Numbered from the stretch's first letter, positions 18,904-29,656 are shown. The stretch is 64,000 nt of DNA from Candidatus Thorarchaeota archaeon (GCA_048884965.1 JBHLQH010000013.1:1-64000), one strand, 5' to 3'. A program made the numbers and translations. Notes: generated by a model from the letters alone, not told the origin.

Positions 18904-21242
18904 TCCTCTTTCAAACCTCCTAGTTCATCAAGCTCTAATTCCAATCTCCTTCTAGCTTCGAGTAAGCGAAGTATCTCCTTTGGTGGTGGTAGGTCTATGA
19001 GTCTTTCAAGCTCAATCAGCACCTCAAGTTCTACTGAGTCAAGTGAAGATCGGTCTTTTGTCAAGAAATCAACAGTGATCTCTTGGATGTCTGCGGGTTC
19101 TGCTCCCGAATTTACAAGGGAGAGCTTCACACTGGATTCTAAGACCTCCTCAATTTCTTCTAGTCTAGTTACATCTTGCTCCAATAAGCGAAAGTGCTCA
19201 ACGTTGACTTCTAACGATGCAACATCCGGTTTCAGCAACTCCTTAGCAACTAACTCAGTCGGCGGCAAGTCGCCGGTTAGTTCCTCGAATGCCTTCAACG
19301 TTTCCTCCTTGTCATCAAGTATCGGTTCTTCTTTTTTATGAGTGAAAGTATCTCTAAATCGATATGCAGCATATAGACCAATGACAGTGAATGATACAAG
19401 TATGATGAGCGGAATATTATAGTGAATTACTTCGCGAAGTGAAACATTATCATCATCCGGAGGATATCCATTGGCTACTTCCCAACCATCTGGATATGTA
19501 TCAAAATCAGAATCTTGGTTTCGGGGATCAGTTCCTATTGTGAACTCAAAGTAAGTTGTTAATCCATCATTATCATGATCCAGTAAAGCATCATTGGGAT
19601 TATTCGGATCTAACTCGTTTGCGACTTCATATCCATCAGGAAGCAAATCTGAATCAGTGTCATTATTTGCACGATCAGTTTCAAGTATGTTTTCCTGACA
19701 TTCAGCTAAGAGATCATTATCCATATCACCCCAATCATAGAGAATTGAGAGGAAGGCATCCATTGCTCCACCCATGAATTCGCTTTGATGTGAGTTTGCC
19801 GTAACTGGAAAGTCCTCGGCATTCGTCATCCCACAAAGGATTATGTTACTAGATGCATCGAGTGCGATTCCTTCCGGGTCGTCATTGCTATTGCCACCCA
19901 GATATGAGCTATACAACAATCTGTTTGTGCTCAAGTCAAGCTTGGAGATGAAACAGTCAATCGAGAATTCAACATTCAACTCACCATCAAGTTCCTCATC
20001 AAAGGCATTCGCCATTGGAAAGTCATCGGAGTTCGTGCCTCCGACAATATAGACACATCCCCAAGTGTCTATAGCAAGGCCTCTTGGAGAATCGTCATCG
20101 AATCCACCAAGAAAAGATGAATAGAGAACATCTGAACCGTTATCATTCAGCTTGAGAATAAAACAATCACTCTCTCCGCCTCGTTCAGGTTGCAAACCTC
20201 CAATCATAGGAAAATCTCTGGATCGTGTCCATCCAGTGATATAACATGACCCCTCAGCATCTATCACAGAATAGGAACACTCGTCACTGGAGATTCCTCC
20301 AATTAGAGTGCTGAATTGAATCTCACTGCCATCGGACGCAAGATTGATCAGAAACCCATCACGTGTTCCGTTCAAAGTCCTATCAAAAGCAAATTGCGAG
20401 GTATAGAAATCGGGAGAGCTGGTCCATCCAGTGATGAATATCGAGCTGTCTTGCCCAATCATAAGGTCATTCCCACATTCGCCAAGGTTTCCCCCTAAAT
20501 ATGAAGAGAATAGCAACTCATCTCCATCTGGCCCAATCATGACTATGAAAGCATCTTCAGTTCCATTCAGAGTGTTGTCGATGCTCTCCTCCAAGGGAAA
20601 ATTGGGAGATTCTGTCCTACCTGTCAAGTAGACATTACCACTAGAGTCAACACGTAGGCAGCTGACCTCATCATCTTCATTACCTCCGATGTACGTTGTA
20701 TAGATTATTTCATTATCAGTAGGATTGAATTTGATGACAAAAATATCATCTCCACCATTATGTGATTCATCATACGCTCCAGAAGTGGCAAGATTGCTTG
20801 AGTTGGTCATTCCTGTGATGTAGACATTATCCGAGTCATCCACTTCCATGTATATGGGAAAATCTTTCCCGTCCCCACCTAGATAAGTGCAATAGAGCAT
20901 TTGGGATCCATCTGAGCTTAACTTCAAAAGAACGATATCAGACTCACCACCTTGATAGGAGTCATGATATGCATCTATTGTACCCCATGATTCAGTATCA
21001 GTGTATATTATAACGTAGATTGAACCATCAGGTCCAACACAGGTATGTGCCGCACGGTCATCGCCAGAGTAATAACTATCACCACCATAATAGGAAGAGA
21101 AAATAAGAGAGTCTTCGATGGATATCTGCTGATTCTTGAAATTCGAAGATGTATAAATAGAGCTAGATGATACACAACTCACGAGTCCAATGCAAAGAAG
21201 TGAGAGAAAAGTCATCCCTACTACGACATCCCGCTTCTTCAA
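18900..21242 (-). CDS. SBBP beta-propeller membrane protein with DxDxDG (TSP3-like, Ca-binding) repeats and an acidic helical tail
   Basis: SBBP repeats, DTDSDLLPDGYE, DHDNDGL and DSDFDTYPDGWE, then a TM and a ~150-aa tail; its stop overlaps the start of 16195-18903. Confidence 0.85.
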   Translation of the reverse strand: MKKRDVVVGMTFLSLLCIGLVSCVSSSSIYTSSNFKNQQISIEDSLIFSSYYGGDSYYSGDDRAAHTCVGPDGSIYVIIYTDTESWGTIDAYHDSYQGGESDIVLLKLSSDGSQMLYCTYLGGDGKDFPIYMEVDDSDNVYITGMTNSSNLATSGAYDESHNGGDDIFVIKFNPTDNEIIYTTYIGGNEDDEVSCLRVDSSGNVYLTGRTESPNFPLEESIDNTLNGTEDAFIVMIGPDGDELLFSSYLGGNLGECGNDLMIGQDSSIFITGWTSSPDFYTSQFAFDRTLNGTRDGFLINLASDGSEIQFSTLIGGISSDECSYSVIDAEGSCYITGWTRSRDFPMIGGLQPERGGESDCFILKLNDNGSDVLYSSFLGGFDDDSPRGLAIDTWGCVYIVGGTNSDDFPMANAFDEELDGELNVEFSIDCFISKLDLSTNRLLYSSYLGGNSNDDPEGIALDASSNIILCGMTNAEDFPVTANSHQSEFMGGAMDAFLSILYDWGDMDNDLLAECQENILETDRANNDTDSDLLPDGYEVANELDPNNPNDALLDHDNDGLTTYFEFTIGTDPRNQDSDFDTYPDGWEVANGYPPDDDNVSLREVIHYNIPLIILVSFTVIGLYAAYRFRDTFTHKKEEPILDDKEETLKAFEELTGDLPPTELVAKELLKPDVASLEVNVEHFRLLEQDVTRLEEIEEVLESSVKLSLVNSGAEPADIQEITVDFLTKDRSSLDSVELEVLIELERLIDLPPPKEILRLLEARRRLELELDELGGLKEE

Positions 21243-21614
21243 CCAGTTCGCCTCTACAAACTAACCTTAGCTCCTCCTCTTCTATTCGCCATATTCCTAT
21301 ATAAATAAGAGTTAGAAGCGACAAAGAGAACTCCGCATTCTCAAGAAATTAACAATTCATGGAAGCCCGTTTTCTTAAATAATGAAATTAAATGACAAAG
21401 GTTTATACCTCACCGTTCTCATATAGTTGGTAGCTTCGCAAAAACGCAAAGATATCCGATAGGCAGTGTAGTAATTGTAAATTTCATGATACGTACTATA
21501 TATTGCTCTATTCGATTCTGTGAAGACCGATTGAATTTGACCCCTATTCGATCTTGAAAATACATGGGATGCACTGGACCTGAAGCGACATTTCGCGTGG
21601 AGTGTGTGGAGAGA

Positions 21615-23486
21615 ATGAGAAGATCGAATACGGGAATTAGGAGGAGACTCGTTACATTCGTTTTAATCTACTGCATCATATGTACAGGTACCATATCATC
21701 AGTAGAAGGACAGAACGACTCAGCTAGGAATGACTGGACTGGACCGAACCTAGATAGGATTCGCTATACACTGTTCAATGGAAGCTATCCAGGTGCTGGT
21801 GGAGATGCGCATAGAGCTGAAGTGCTAGCTTTGATTGATGGTGAGATTGATGCAATAACAACTACAGTGCATTACACAGAGGATATGGTAACAATTCTGG
21901 AAACAGCCAATATCGAGCTTGTCCAGTTCTATCGCACTGCTGCCTTTGACCTGCGGTTCAACTGTGAATACTGGCCACTAAATATCACAGAGTTTCGAAG
22001 GGCAATTCATTATGCAGTTGACAAAGAAACTCTATGTTCATTGCAAGATATGTTACCTCAAGATAGTCAGATTATCCCACCACATCCATTTTCTATTGAA
22101 AATGAAATGGAACATCACTATTATCAACCTGAGATTGCAGAAGGAGCAGCTCTCCTTGATAGCATTGAATTCATTGATATTGATCATGATGGAGTTCGAG
22201 AAGCACCAAATGGTGAAGAACTTGCTCCAATCGAGGTCAAGTTCATGCGAATACCAGCAGCAGGACCACTGGCGGAGCAAGCAGCTGACGCTGTGGTTGA
22301 AGCATTGCACAATCTGAATATCTCCGCTTTCTCAAGCAGAGTGTACGATACTAGTGAGGCATGGCAAGAGTATTCGAGCGGCAACTATATGATGTACACA
22401 GGGTGGACCCATTCGTGGGAGTTCAACCTCGAGTCATGGATCAGAGATTGGGGACCATCGAATCTTAAGAAATGGTCAAATGCGACATTCAATGCTTATG
22501 CAGATGTAGCACGCTCTTCTATGGACTTCAATGAAATAACCAACGCAGTGAAGCAGATGCAACACATCATGATAGAAGAATGTCCGAATATTGTTCTAAT
22601 GCAAATACCCTTGTTTACTGCCTATCGATCGGATTGTCATGAGAACTTCACTGAGCATCCATGTGGAGGATCATATACATTCTTCACCGGGCTATCTGCA
22701 TGTAATATTACAGTGAACTCAACAGGCGGTTGCCTAAATTTTGGAATGTCATCCGATATCATCGAGGTGCCAACCCACGTTAGTCCTAATCCTAGTGCCT
22801 ATTGGTGGCTTTCTGATGAGAACTTGATGGGGATGATGCATGATTCACTTTGCCAGATAGATCCTAACCTGAATGTAATTGATTGGCTACTTGAGGATGT
22901 TACCATCGAGTGCCATGATGATGATTCGACTATACCAGAAGGACATACGCGAATCTCCCTTGATATAGTTGATAATGCAAAATGGAGTGATGGAAATCCT
23001 ATAATCATGAATGATGTGTCATTCAGCATCAATTGGTATAGAGAGAACATGCCCTACACAAGTGACACACTCAGCAATTTGATCTATTGCATGGCAAAAA
23101 CACCAGACCTCTTAGTAATGGAATTTAACACTCAAACGTTCTGGAATTGGTATAGGGTATGTTTCCTTCCGATTCTGCCAAGCCATGCTACAAGTCAGTA
23201 TGCTTTGGATCCAATTGAGAAAAAAATGAGCCCTGTCGTATTTGATGAAAGTCTAATTGTATCTGGCCCATTCATGGCATCTGAGCAGGTGAAAGGCAAG
23301 TATTTCGAAATAGTGCAAAACCCATACTATTGGAAGAATCCAAAGAATATTCCGCAAGAAGTGAATGATACAAACAATACTACGCCACCTCCTGTTGATC
23401 TCACATTGTCACTTACTGTAGGGGCGATTGGAGCAGCATCAATAATCCTTGTTGGAGGTATAGTAATTACAAGGAAATATAATTGA
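21615..23486 (+). CDS. ABC transporter substrate-binding protein, family 5 (peptide/nickel), permuted domain order, C-terminal TM anchor
   Basis: GEIDA, FRRAIHYAVDK, WSDGNP..NDVSFS, SGPF and NPYYW; start taken at ATG 21615 behind GGAG. Confidence 0.85.
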   Translation: MRRSNTGIRRRLVTFVLIYCIICTGTISSVEGQNDSARNDWTGPNLDRIRYTLFNGSYPGAGGDAHRAEVLALIDGEIDAITTTVHYTEDMVTILETANIELVQFYRTAAFDLRFNCEYWPLNITEFRRAIHYAVDKETLCSLQDMLPQDSQIIPPHPFSIENEMEHHYYQPEIAEGAALLDSIEFIDIDHDGVREAPNGEELAPIEVKFMRIPAAGPLAEQAADAVVEALHNLNISAFSSRVYDTSEAWQEYSSGNYMMYTGWTHSWEFNLESWIRDWGPSNLKKWSNATFNAYADVARSSMDFNEITNAVKQMQHIMIEECPNIVLMQIPLFTAYRSDCHENFTEHPCGGSYTFFTGLSACNITVNSTGGCLNFGMSSDIIEVPTHVSPNPSAYWWLSDENLMGMMHDSLCQIDPNLNVIDWLLEDVTIECHDDDSTIPEGHTRISLDIVDNAKWSDGNPIIMNDVSFSINWYRENMPYTSDTLSNLIYCMAKTPDLLVMEFNTQTFWNWYRVCFLPILPSHATSQYALDPIEKKMSPVVFDESLIVSGPFMASEQVKGKYFEIVQNPYYWKNPKNIPQEVNDTNNTTPPPVDLTLSLTVGAIGAASIILVGGIVITRKYN

Positions 23487-23579
23487 ATCATAATGCATTA
23501 GGACTCACCGAAGAAGATTCATATACTTCGTCAAAGATAGATGTCGAAATCTGCAACTAGCTATACAACTGTGAAATAA

Positions 23580-25097
23580 ATGATAACTAGACAGAAAATA
23601 TCTCGTGATGAGATATTCATCTTGGGTTTCTTTATCCTAGTGTTAGCAAGTGTATTCTATCTTATGATCACAGAAACCGTCTGGATTATCGTGCAAACTG
23701 AAGTAATGGCGGTCTGGATAATCTTCGCTTCAGTATCTACTGCTACTCTGGGAGGTGTGGTCTTAACATATTCCTTCGTTGCACACAGACAAGTTCCAGA
23801 GCTTAGGTATCTCGTCATTGGATTGTTAGCATTAGATATGGTGTTTATTTCACTATCATTTCTTTTCACTCATCCTGCATCTGAGTTATGGATTCCCCAA
23901 TTGGCAGACAGACAGAGGAATCGATCAATCATTATTGCTTTTGGATTGGCATTGATACCAAGTGTTCTTTTTGGGGCGTTCAAAGGGGAGGTTCCAATCC
24001 TTGGAGAGAAGCTATGGATCAATTCACTTTGGAGTGGTGTTGTCATCCCTCTGGTCGTCTTGTGGTTCACATTCAATCCAGAACCAGTAATCGTTAGCAC
24101 AGATACATCTGATGCAGGAGGTATCTTTAATGCAACACCAATTGGTCTTATTATCATACTCGCTGTGATGAGTGCATTCCTGCTATCGTTTGCTCGCTAT
24201 TCTATCGAGTGGCTTCGTTCCCGGAATCGAATAACTCTCGGTTCAAGTTTGTCCCTCTTCCTTTGGATTCTCGCCCTGATTCTACTTGGAATCCTCGATG
24301 ATCCTTTCCTGATCCTAGAGATTGTCTGGTATGGACTGGTGGGTTGTGGTTTCTTGATTATTGCGACTACGATGATAATCACATCAATCCTAGAACCCCA
24401 TAAGGCACTCAATGAGCTCGTTGAAGAGAGAACGAAAAAACTTGAAAGCTCTGAAATGGAGAGCTCCATGTATCTAGATCTCTGGTCTCACAAGATTGGC
24501 AACATCCTTCAAGGTATGATGACCTACATCGAGATAATATCGGAGATAGCTCGGAATGAAGGAATTACTGAGCCAATTGAGAAAGCAAAAGACCTCGGTA
24601 AAGAAGCCAACCTCATCAATAGACAAGTGAATAATCTTGCTGCTATCAAGCAAACGCTTGACCAACCACTTCGCAAGGTCAATGTTCGGGAAGCATTGGA
24701 ATCCATCTCACCCTACAACCTTGAGAGAGAAACAGCATTCCATCTCTCAAATGACGTTGATCCTGAATTCGAAATCATTGCGGATGAGCTTCTAATTCAA
24801 CTATTCTACAGTCTATTTGTATATGCGATTAAGCGAACCACACATGAGCAATTGACAATGGATGTGCAATCTCTGATAGAAGACCACGAAAGGCAGGTTG
24901 TGATACACTGCTCGGATCGATCAATACTCCCAGATGTAACTAGTTATCTTAGCAATAGGATGGACACAACATCGAAGCATTTTGGTTTAGAACTATTCAC
25001 TATGAAATTGCTACTCCATCGCTATGATGCAAAGTCGAGATACATTGAGTCAGTTGATGATAATAGTGGCAACCTAGTCTTGTCGTTCAAAATGTGA
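23580..25097 (+). CDS. Multi-TM sensor histidine-kinase-like protein with degenerate ATPase domain
   Basis: About 8 TM helices, LVEERT coiled linker and H-box YLDLWSHKIGNILQG; N and G boxes degenerate. Confidence 0.7.
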   Translation: MITRQKISRDEIFILGFFILVLASVFYLMITETVWIIVQTEVMAVWIIFASVSTATLGGVVLTYSFVAHRQVPELRYLVIGLLALDMVFISLSFLFTHPASELWIPQLADRQRNRSIIIAFGLALIPSVLFGAFKGEVPILGEKLWINSLWSGVVIPLVVLWFTFNPEPVIVSTDTSDAGGIFNATPIGLIIILAVMSAFLLSFARYSIEWLRSRNRITLGSSLSLFLWILALILLGILDDPFLILEIVWYGLVGCGFLIIATTMIITSILEPHKALNELVEERTKKLESSEMESSMYLDLWSHKIGNILQGMMTYIEIISEIARNEGITEPIEKAKDLGKEANLINRQVNNLAAIKQTLDQPLRKVNVREALESISPYNLERETAFHLSNDVDPEFEIIADELLIQLFYSLFVYAIKRTTHEQLTMDVQSLIEDHERQVVIHCSDRSILPDVTSYLSNRMDTTSKHFGLELFTMKLLLHRYDAKSRYIESVDDNSGNLVLSFKM

Positions 25098-25178
25098 TCG
25101 AGTCATTCATGATGTATAGCTTGTTTCCGAACCTGCTGGTTTAGGGTAGTTGATATTATACATAAGGAAGGTAATCTC

Positions 25179-25556
25179 GTGGAGAAGACTATGCATAGTA
25201 GTTTGAAAGGAAAATTCATTGAAGCGACCACACAGTTCCAGCAATCGCCGCACTCAGAGGGATGTGCAAGTGTGATATATCGTACACCATGGGTACGTAT
25301 ACTTATTGAGCCCCACAAAGAAGATGACACTTATTGCATTGAAGTAGAAGTGTTCCTTTCAGATCAAGATGGTGTTGATGAATCGGACTCGATGGTTCTT
25401 TTTGATAGGCTAGTCCGGCATGTCGATTATCTCCGCTGTCTACGTGAGCATGGTTTTGAACTGTGCATCATAGGTTCGGGATGCATTCTATGTGCCACAA
25501 AAGTGATTGAAGGAACACCGCAGGACAATCTATTTAGTGCGCTATTACCACCATAG
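25179..25556 (+). CDS. Hypothetical protein
   Basis: 125-codon ORF with globular composition, co-oriented between real genes. Confidence 0.6.
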   Translation: MEKTMHSSLKGKFIEATTQFQQSPHSEGCASVIYRTPWVRILIEPHKEDDTYCIEVEVFLSDQDGVDESDSMVLFDRLVRHVDYLRCLREHGFELCIIGSGCILCATKVIEGTPQDNLFSALLPP

Positions 25557-25610
25557 TGTTGACACAAATCAAAAATAGCTAGTTTGTCTAGCGAACAAGT
25601 TTGATCCTAT

Positions 25611-26540
25611 TTGATGGTGGACATATTGGATCTATTGGATAAGAGCATCCTACTCGCACTTGATACTAATTGTAGGTTGTCCTATCAAGCATTGGCGGAG
25701 AGATTAGGTATTACTGCAACAGCTGTACGAAAACGATTGGACAAGTTGATTGAAGAGCATGTCATTGAAGAGTTCGATGTTATCCTTAGACCTGCAATGA
25801 TAGAATCTGAATACCTAATCGCCCTAATCTATACTGACGGATCTGAGAACGAAGAAGAATTCATACCAATAATAGGCACTAATGTGAATGTGATCCAAGC
25901 TGGGCAGATTGCCACAAGTAATGGAAGATTGTATTTTGTGCATTGTGAGTATACCTGTACAGAGAGTTTACAGAACCTGGGCACATTCTTCAGAAAACTA
26001 GAATCAGTCACCAATATTGAGTTGCACACGATAATCACGACGCGAGGTTCGAAATTCGATATCAAGAAGATGCACTTGAGAGTCCTGCAATGTCTACTAG
26101 AGGATGCGAGGATGCAGATAAGTGATATCTCTCAGCGTACTGGGATGACAGCTAGAAGGGTAAGTAGGGCCATCCAAGAGATGCAAGAGAGCGAAGCCTT
26201 CTGGTTTGCTACCAGGTGGAACTTGAGCCTTGGCAATAACACCGAGTTCTATCTTAAAGTTCATTATGATGAGCAAATTTCACGAAGAGATGAAATTGAA
26301 GAATGGTTCCAAAAAGAGTATCCATTGGAGTATTGGTACTCCTTCTACTCTGCTCTAGAGCCAACTCTTTTCGCCAAATTTGTAACAGGTCATTTTCGTG
26401 AATCTGAGTCTATCTCCAAGGCAACGAAGAAAGCATCCTTCTGTTGCTCTGTCGATGTGCTTCTTTCCTATCCTGTTGTTAAGTTTCCTCGTATAGGACA
26501 TGCAAGAATCAAAGAGATGATTGAAGAAAGTGGGATCTGA
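25611..26540 (+). CDS. Lrp/AsnC family regulator with duplicated wHTH
   Basis: LDLLDKSIL..L..NCRLSYQALAERLGITATAVRKRL and a second LLEDARMQISDISQRTG unit. Confidence 0.85.
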   Translation: MMVDILDLLDKSILLALDTNCRLSYQALAERLGITATAVRKRLDKLIEEHVIEEFDVILRPAMIESEYLIALIYTDGSENEEEFIPIIGTNVNVIQAGQIATSNGRLYFVHCEYTCTESLQNLGTFFRKLESVTNIELHTIITTRGSKFDIKKMHLRVLQCLLEDARMQISDISQRTGMTARRVSRAIQEMQESEAFWFATRWNLSLGNNTEFYLKVHYDEQISRRDEIEEWFQKEYPLEYWYSFYSALEPTLFAKFVTGHFRESESISKATKKASFCCSVDVLLSYPVVKFPRIGHARIKEMIEESGI

Positions 26541-26685
26541 AGAAAACTTCGATTCACCTTTGTTCAAGATTTCAATAGCATATTCATCTCTTAGTCGTCA
26601 AAAGGGATCAATTGTGAATGGGGAGTTGTTATATGTTGGATTGTCCTTTCAGCAAGACTCAGGTTCTTACAAGAAGTGAGAAACG

Positions 26686-28701
26686 ATGACAAACGTGAAG
26701 GTTGATGATGCCGCGAGGAAAGCAGCAGATCTCCTCTCAAAGATGACTCTGAAGGAGAAGTTCCAAGCGTTGACAAGTCCAGGGATTCGCCGCATCTATT
26801 CTACGAAGCCCATCAAACGACTAGGCATCCCCTCCTTTCGGATGACGGATGGTCCACTCGGACTCGCATATCACTCAAGTGGCTTTACAAAGTGCACACG
26901 ATTCCCTGCAACTGTTGCGCTCGCAGCCACATGGAACAGAGAACTTGCCAAAGAGATGGGGGTAGCGCTAGGGGAGGAGATACGAGGGATAAATCGGCAT
27001 ATGCTGCTCGCACCTGGGATTAATATCTGTAGAACCCCACTAAACGGAAGAACCTTCGAATACTTCAGTGAAGATCCATACTTAACAAAGGAACTTGCGA
27101 TTCCCCTTGTTCAAGGTGTCCAGAGCCAAGGAATTGGTGCCTGTGTTAAGCACTATGCAGTCAACAATCAGGAGATTGATAGAAGAACAAGCAGTTCTGA
27201 GGTAGATGAACGTACTCTTCACGAAATGTATCTACGGGCTTTCCGAGAGGTCGTTCACGAAGCTGAGCCCTACTCCATTATGGGGTCTTACAACAAAATC
27301 AATGGTGTCTATGGGTGCGAGCATGAATACCTTATCCGCGAAACACTCATGGAGAAATGGGGATTCAAAGGGTTTGTCGTCTCAGACTGGTTTGCAACTC
27401 GACCTATTGCATCCGCGGCCAGATGCATAAGAGGAGGTCTCTCTCTGGAGATGCCGTTGCCAGCCAAATATAAACAGAGGACATTGATGAAGGAGTTCAA
27501 GGAAGGGAAGTTTACAGAAGAGATGGTTGATGACCTAGTTATTCGATTTCTACGTGTCATGTTTCTAACCGGTGCGTTCGAAGAACGAAAGACTTTGTCA
27601 AAGAAGACCCTAAACACAGTTGACCATCAGACACTAGCTCGTAGAATCGCGGAGGATGGGATGGTCCTACTAAAGAATGAAAATGGATTGCTTCCCCTTC
27701 GTCTTGGAGATCTCGACTCCATTGCGTTGGTTGGTCCCAATCTCAAAAAGAAATTCGGACGAATCTTCTATGGTGGTTCATCGGCAGTTCAACCACCTCA
27801 TGAAATAACCCCTCTAAAAGGCATGAAGGAGAAGATGAAGGGAAAGGTCCAGATCAAAGACGATGTATCCAGCTCAGACATAGCGATCGTCTTTGCTGGA
27901 TTGAACCATGGCAAGGGAAATGACTCTGAAACATATGATAGAGCAGATCTTCACCTTCCTCCAAATCAAGTACATCTCATCAACGAAACAGCGAAAGATA
28001 ATCCGAATACCATTGTTGTCTTGATTGCAGGTAGTCCAATTGCTATGGATGGGTGGATAGAAAATGTACCGGTCGTTCTTGAAGCGTGGTATCCCGGGAT
28101 GGAGGGCGGTAGGGCCATCGCGAACATGCTCTTTGGGGATTGCTACCCATCAGGTAAACTTCCTCTCACGTTTCCAAAGAAGTTAGCTGATTCTCCAGCT
28201 CATAGCACTAGTGATAGTAAGAACTATCCTGGTGATGACGAGAAGAAAATCCACTATGATGAAGGCATATACATTGGCTATCGCTGGTTTGATGAAAAGA
28301 AGATCGCTCCTTTGTTCCCGTTCGGATTCGGACTCGGATATACGGACATCCAGATAGGAGAGATTCAATCCCCAGAAGGCAACATCAAAGAATCAACAGA
28401 AAACTTCACAGTCAATGTCGAATTGGAAAACATAGGCGAATCAATAGGTGCAGAAGTTGCGCAAATCTATGCTCACGATGTGCATTGCACGGTCGAGAGA
28501 CCGCCCAAAGAACTCGTGGGATTCCATAAGGCAATCCTCCAGCCGGGTGAAAGAAAATTGATCCCTATAGTTGTGAAATCGAAGGATTTGATGTTCTATG
28601 ATGTGAATACCCATGATTGGCTTTTAGAGGGTGGAGATTTCGAGCTCCGGATAGGCACATCTAGCAGAGATATTCATTCAAAGATTCAGCTCAGCGTATA
28701 A
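26686..28701 (+). CDS. bglX: Beta-glucosidase, glycoside hydrolase family 3
   Basis: TDGPLG, GRTFEYFSEDP, KHYAVNNQE, nucleophile motif VSDW, AWYPGMEGG, FPFGFGL and an Fn3-like C-terminus. Confidence 0.92.
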   Translation: MTNVKVDDAARKAADLLSKMTLKEKFQALTSPGIRRIYSTKPIKRLGIPSFRMTDGPLGLAYHSSGFTKCTRFPATVALAATWNRELAKEMGVALGEEIRGINRHMLLAPGINICRTPLNGRTFEYFSEDPYLTKELAIPLVQGVQSQGIGACVKHYAVNNQEIDRRTSSSEVDERTLHEMYLRAFREVVHEAEPYSIMGSYNKINGVYGCEHEYLIRETLMEKWGFKGFVVSDWFATRPIASAARCIRGGLSLEMPLPAKYKQRTLMKEFKEGKFTEEMVDDLVIRFLRVMFLTGAFEERKTLSKKTLNTVDHQTLARRIAEDGMVLLKNENGLLPLRLGDLDSIALVGPNLKKKFGRIFYGGSSAVQPPHEITPLKGMKEKMKGKVQIKDDVSSSDIAIVFAGLNHGKGNDSETYDRADLHLPPNQVHLINETAKDNPNTIVVLIAGSPIAMDGWIENVPVVLEAWYPGMEGGRAIANMLFGDCYPSGKLPLTFPKKLADSPAHSTSDSKNYPGDDEKKIHYDEGIYIGYRWFDEKKIAPLFPFGFGLGYTDIQIGEIQSPEGNIKESTENFTVNVELENIGESIGAEVAQIYAHDVHCTVERPPKELVGFHKAILQPGERKLIPIVVKSKDLMFYDVNTHDWLLEGGDFELRIGTSSRDIHSKIQLSV

Positions 28702-28774
28702 GACGTGTTACACATACTTAAGACATTGAAATTGAACTAACATCAGATGACTAGTATCTAGTGGGGATCAGCTT

Positions 28775-29506
28775 TTGTCGAGGCATACTGACATTACTGA
28801 ATGGCTTAATCTGGCGATTGAACTACTGCAATCTGGAAAACTCAATGATGCAGAGGAAGCTGCCAGAGAGGCGATTGATCTTGACCCCACATACGCCATC
28901 TCATGGAATGAGCTTGGGATAATACTTGGTTTTGGGGGAAGATACCAAGAATCAGAAAAGGCCTTTAGAAAAGCAATTGAACTGGATCCAGAACTTGCTA
29001 TGTCATGGGGAAATCTGGGAACGACTCTGAATCAATTGACAAGATATAATGAAGCTGAAATTGCTCTTAGAAAGGCAGTCGAACTTAGGCCATCTGAGTC
29101 GCAGCCATGGATTGACCTTGGAGACGCTTGTAGAAAGCAAAACAAGCTTGAGCACGCAGAGCATGCTTATGAGAAAGCTGTCGAGCTTGATGAACGCAAT
29201 GCAAGAGCTTGGCATGATCTTGGTATCACACTGATTACCCTTGGGAAAGATGAGAGAGCAGAATACGCGTTGCGTCAGGCTGTTGCTCTACAACCATCAT
29301 CTGCAGAATCATGGTACAACCTTGGGAATCTGTTGGGACGTCAAGGACATCACAAGGAAGCGGAGGAACCTTTCAGAAAAGCCATCGAACTCAATCCAAC
29401 ATATGAGCTAGCATGGACTGGACTGGCAATTGTTTTACGTGAACAAGGAGAACAAGAGAAAGCAAAGGAAGCATTAGATAAAGCACGAAGTCTATTGAAC
29501 CGATGA
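28775..29506 (+). CDS. TPR repeat protein
   Basis: About 6 canonical 34-aa TPRs (W..LG.......Y.EA..A.RKA.EL.P). Confidence 0.9.
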   Translation: MSRHTDITEWLNLAIELLQSGKLNDAEEAAREAIDLDPTYAISWNELGIILGFGGRYQESEKAFRKAIELDPELAMSWGNLGTTLNQLTRYNEAEIALRKAVELRPSESQPWIDLGDACRKQNKLEHAEHAYEKAVELDERNARAWHDLGITLITLGKDERAEYALRQAVALQPSSAESWYNLGNLLGRQGHHKEAEEPFRKAIELNPTYELAWTGLAIVLREQGEQEKAKEALDKARSLLNR

Positions 29507-29656
29507 ACTGAGGCTTCAAGTAGGTGAAACTCACACTCGTATGAGATAAAAGAACCTTGTAAATCAAAGCAATGAGATTCTCGATTGTGGACATAGGCTT
29601 GCACTCTAGATTACATTTCTTTACTTGGTGCATGAATATCTTGTTGGTGATAAATA

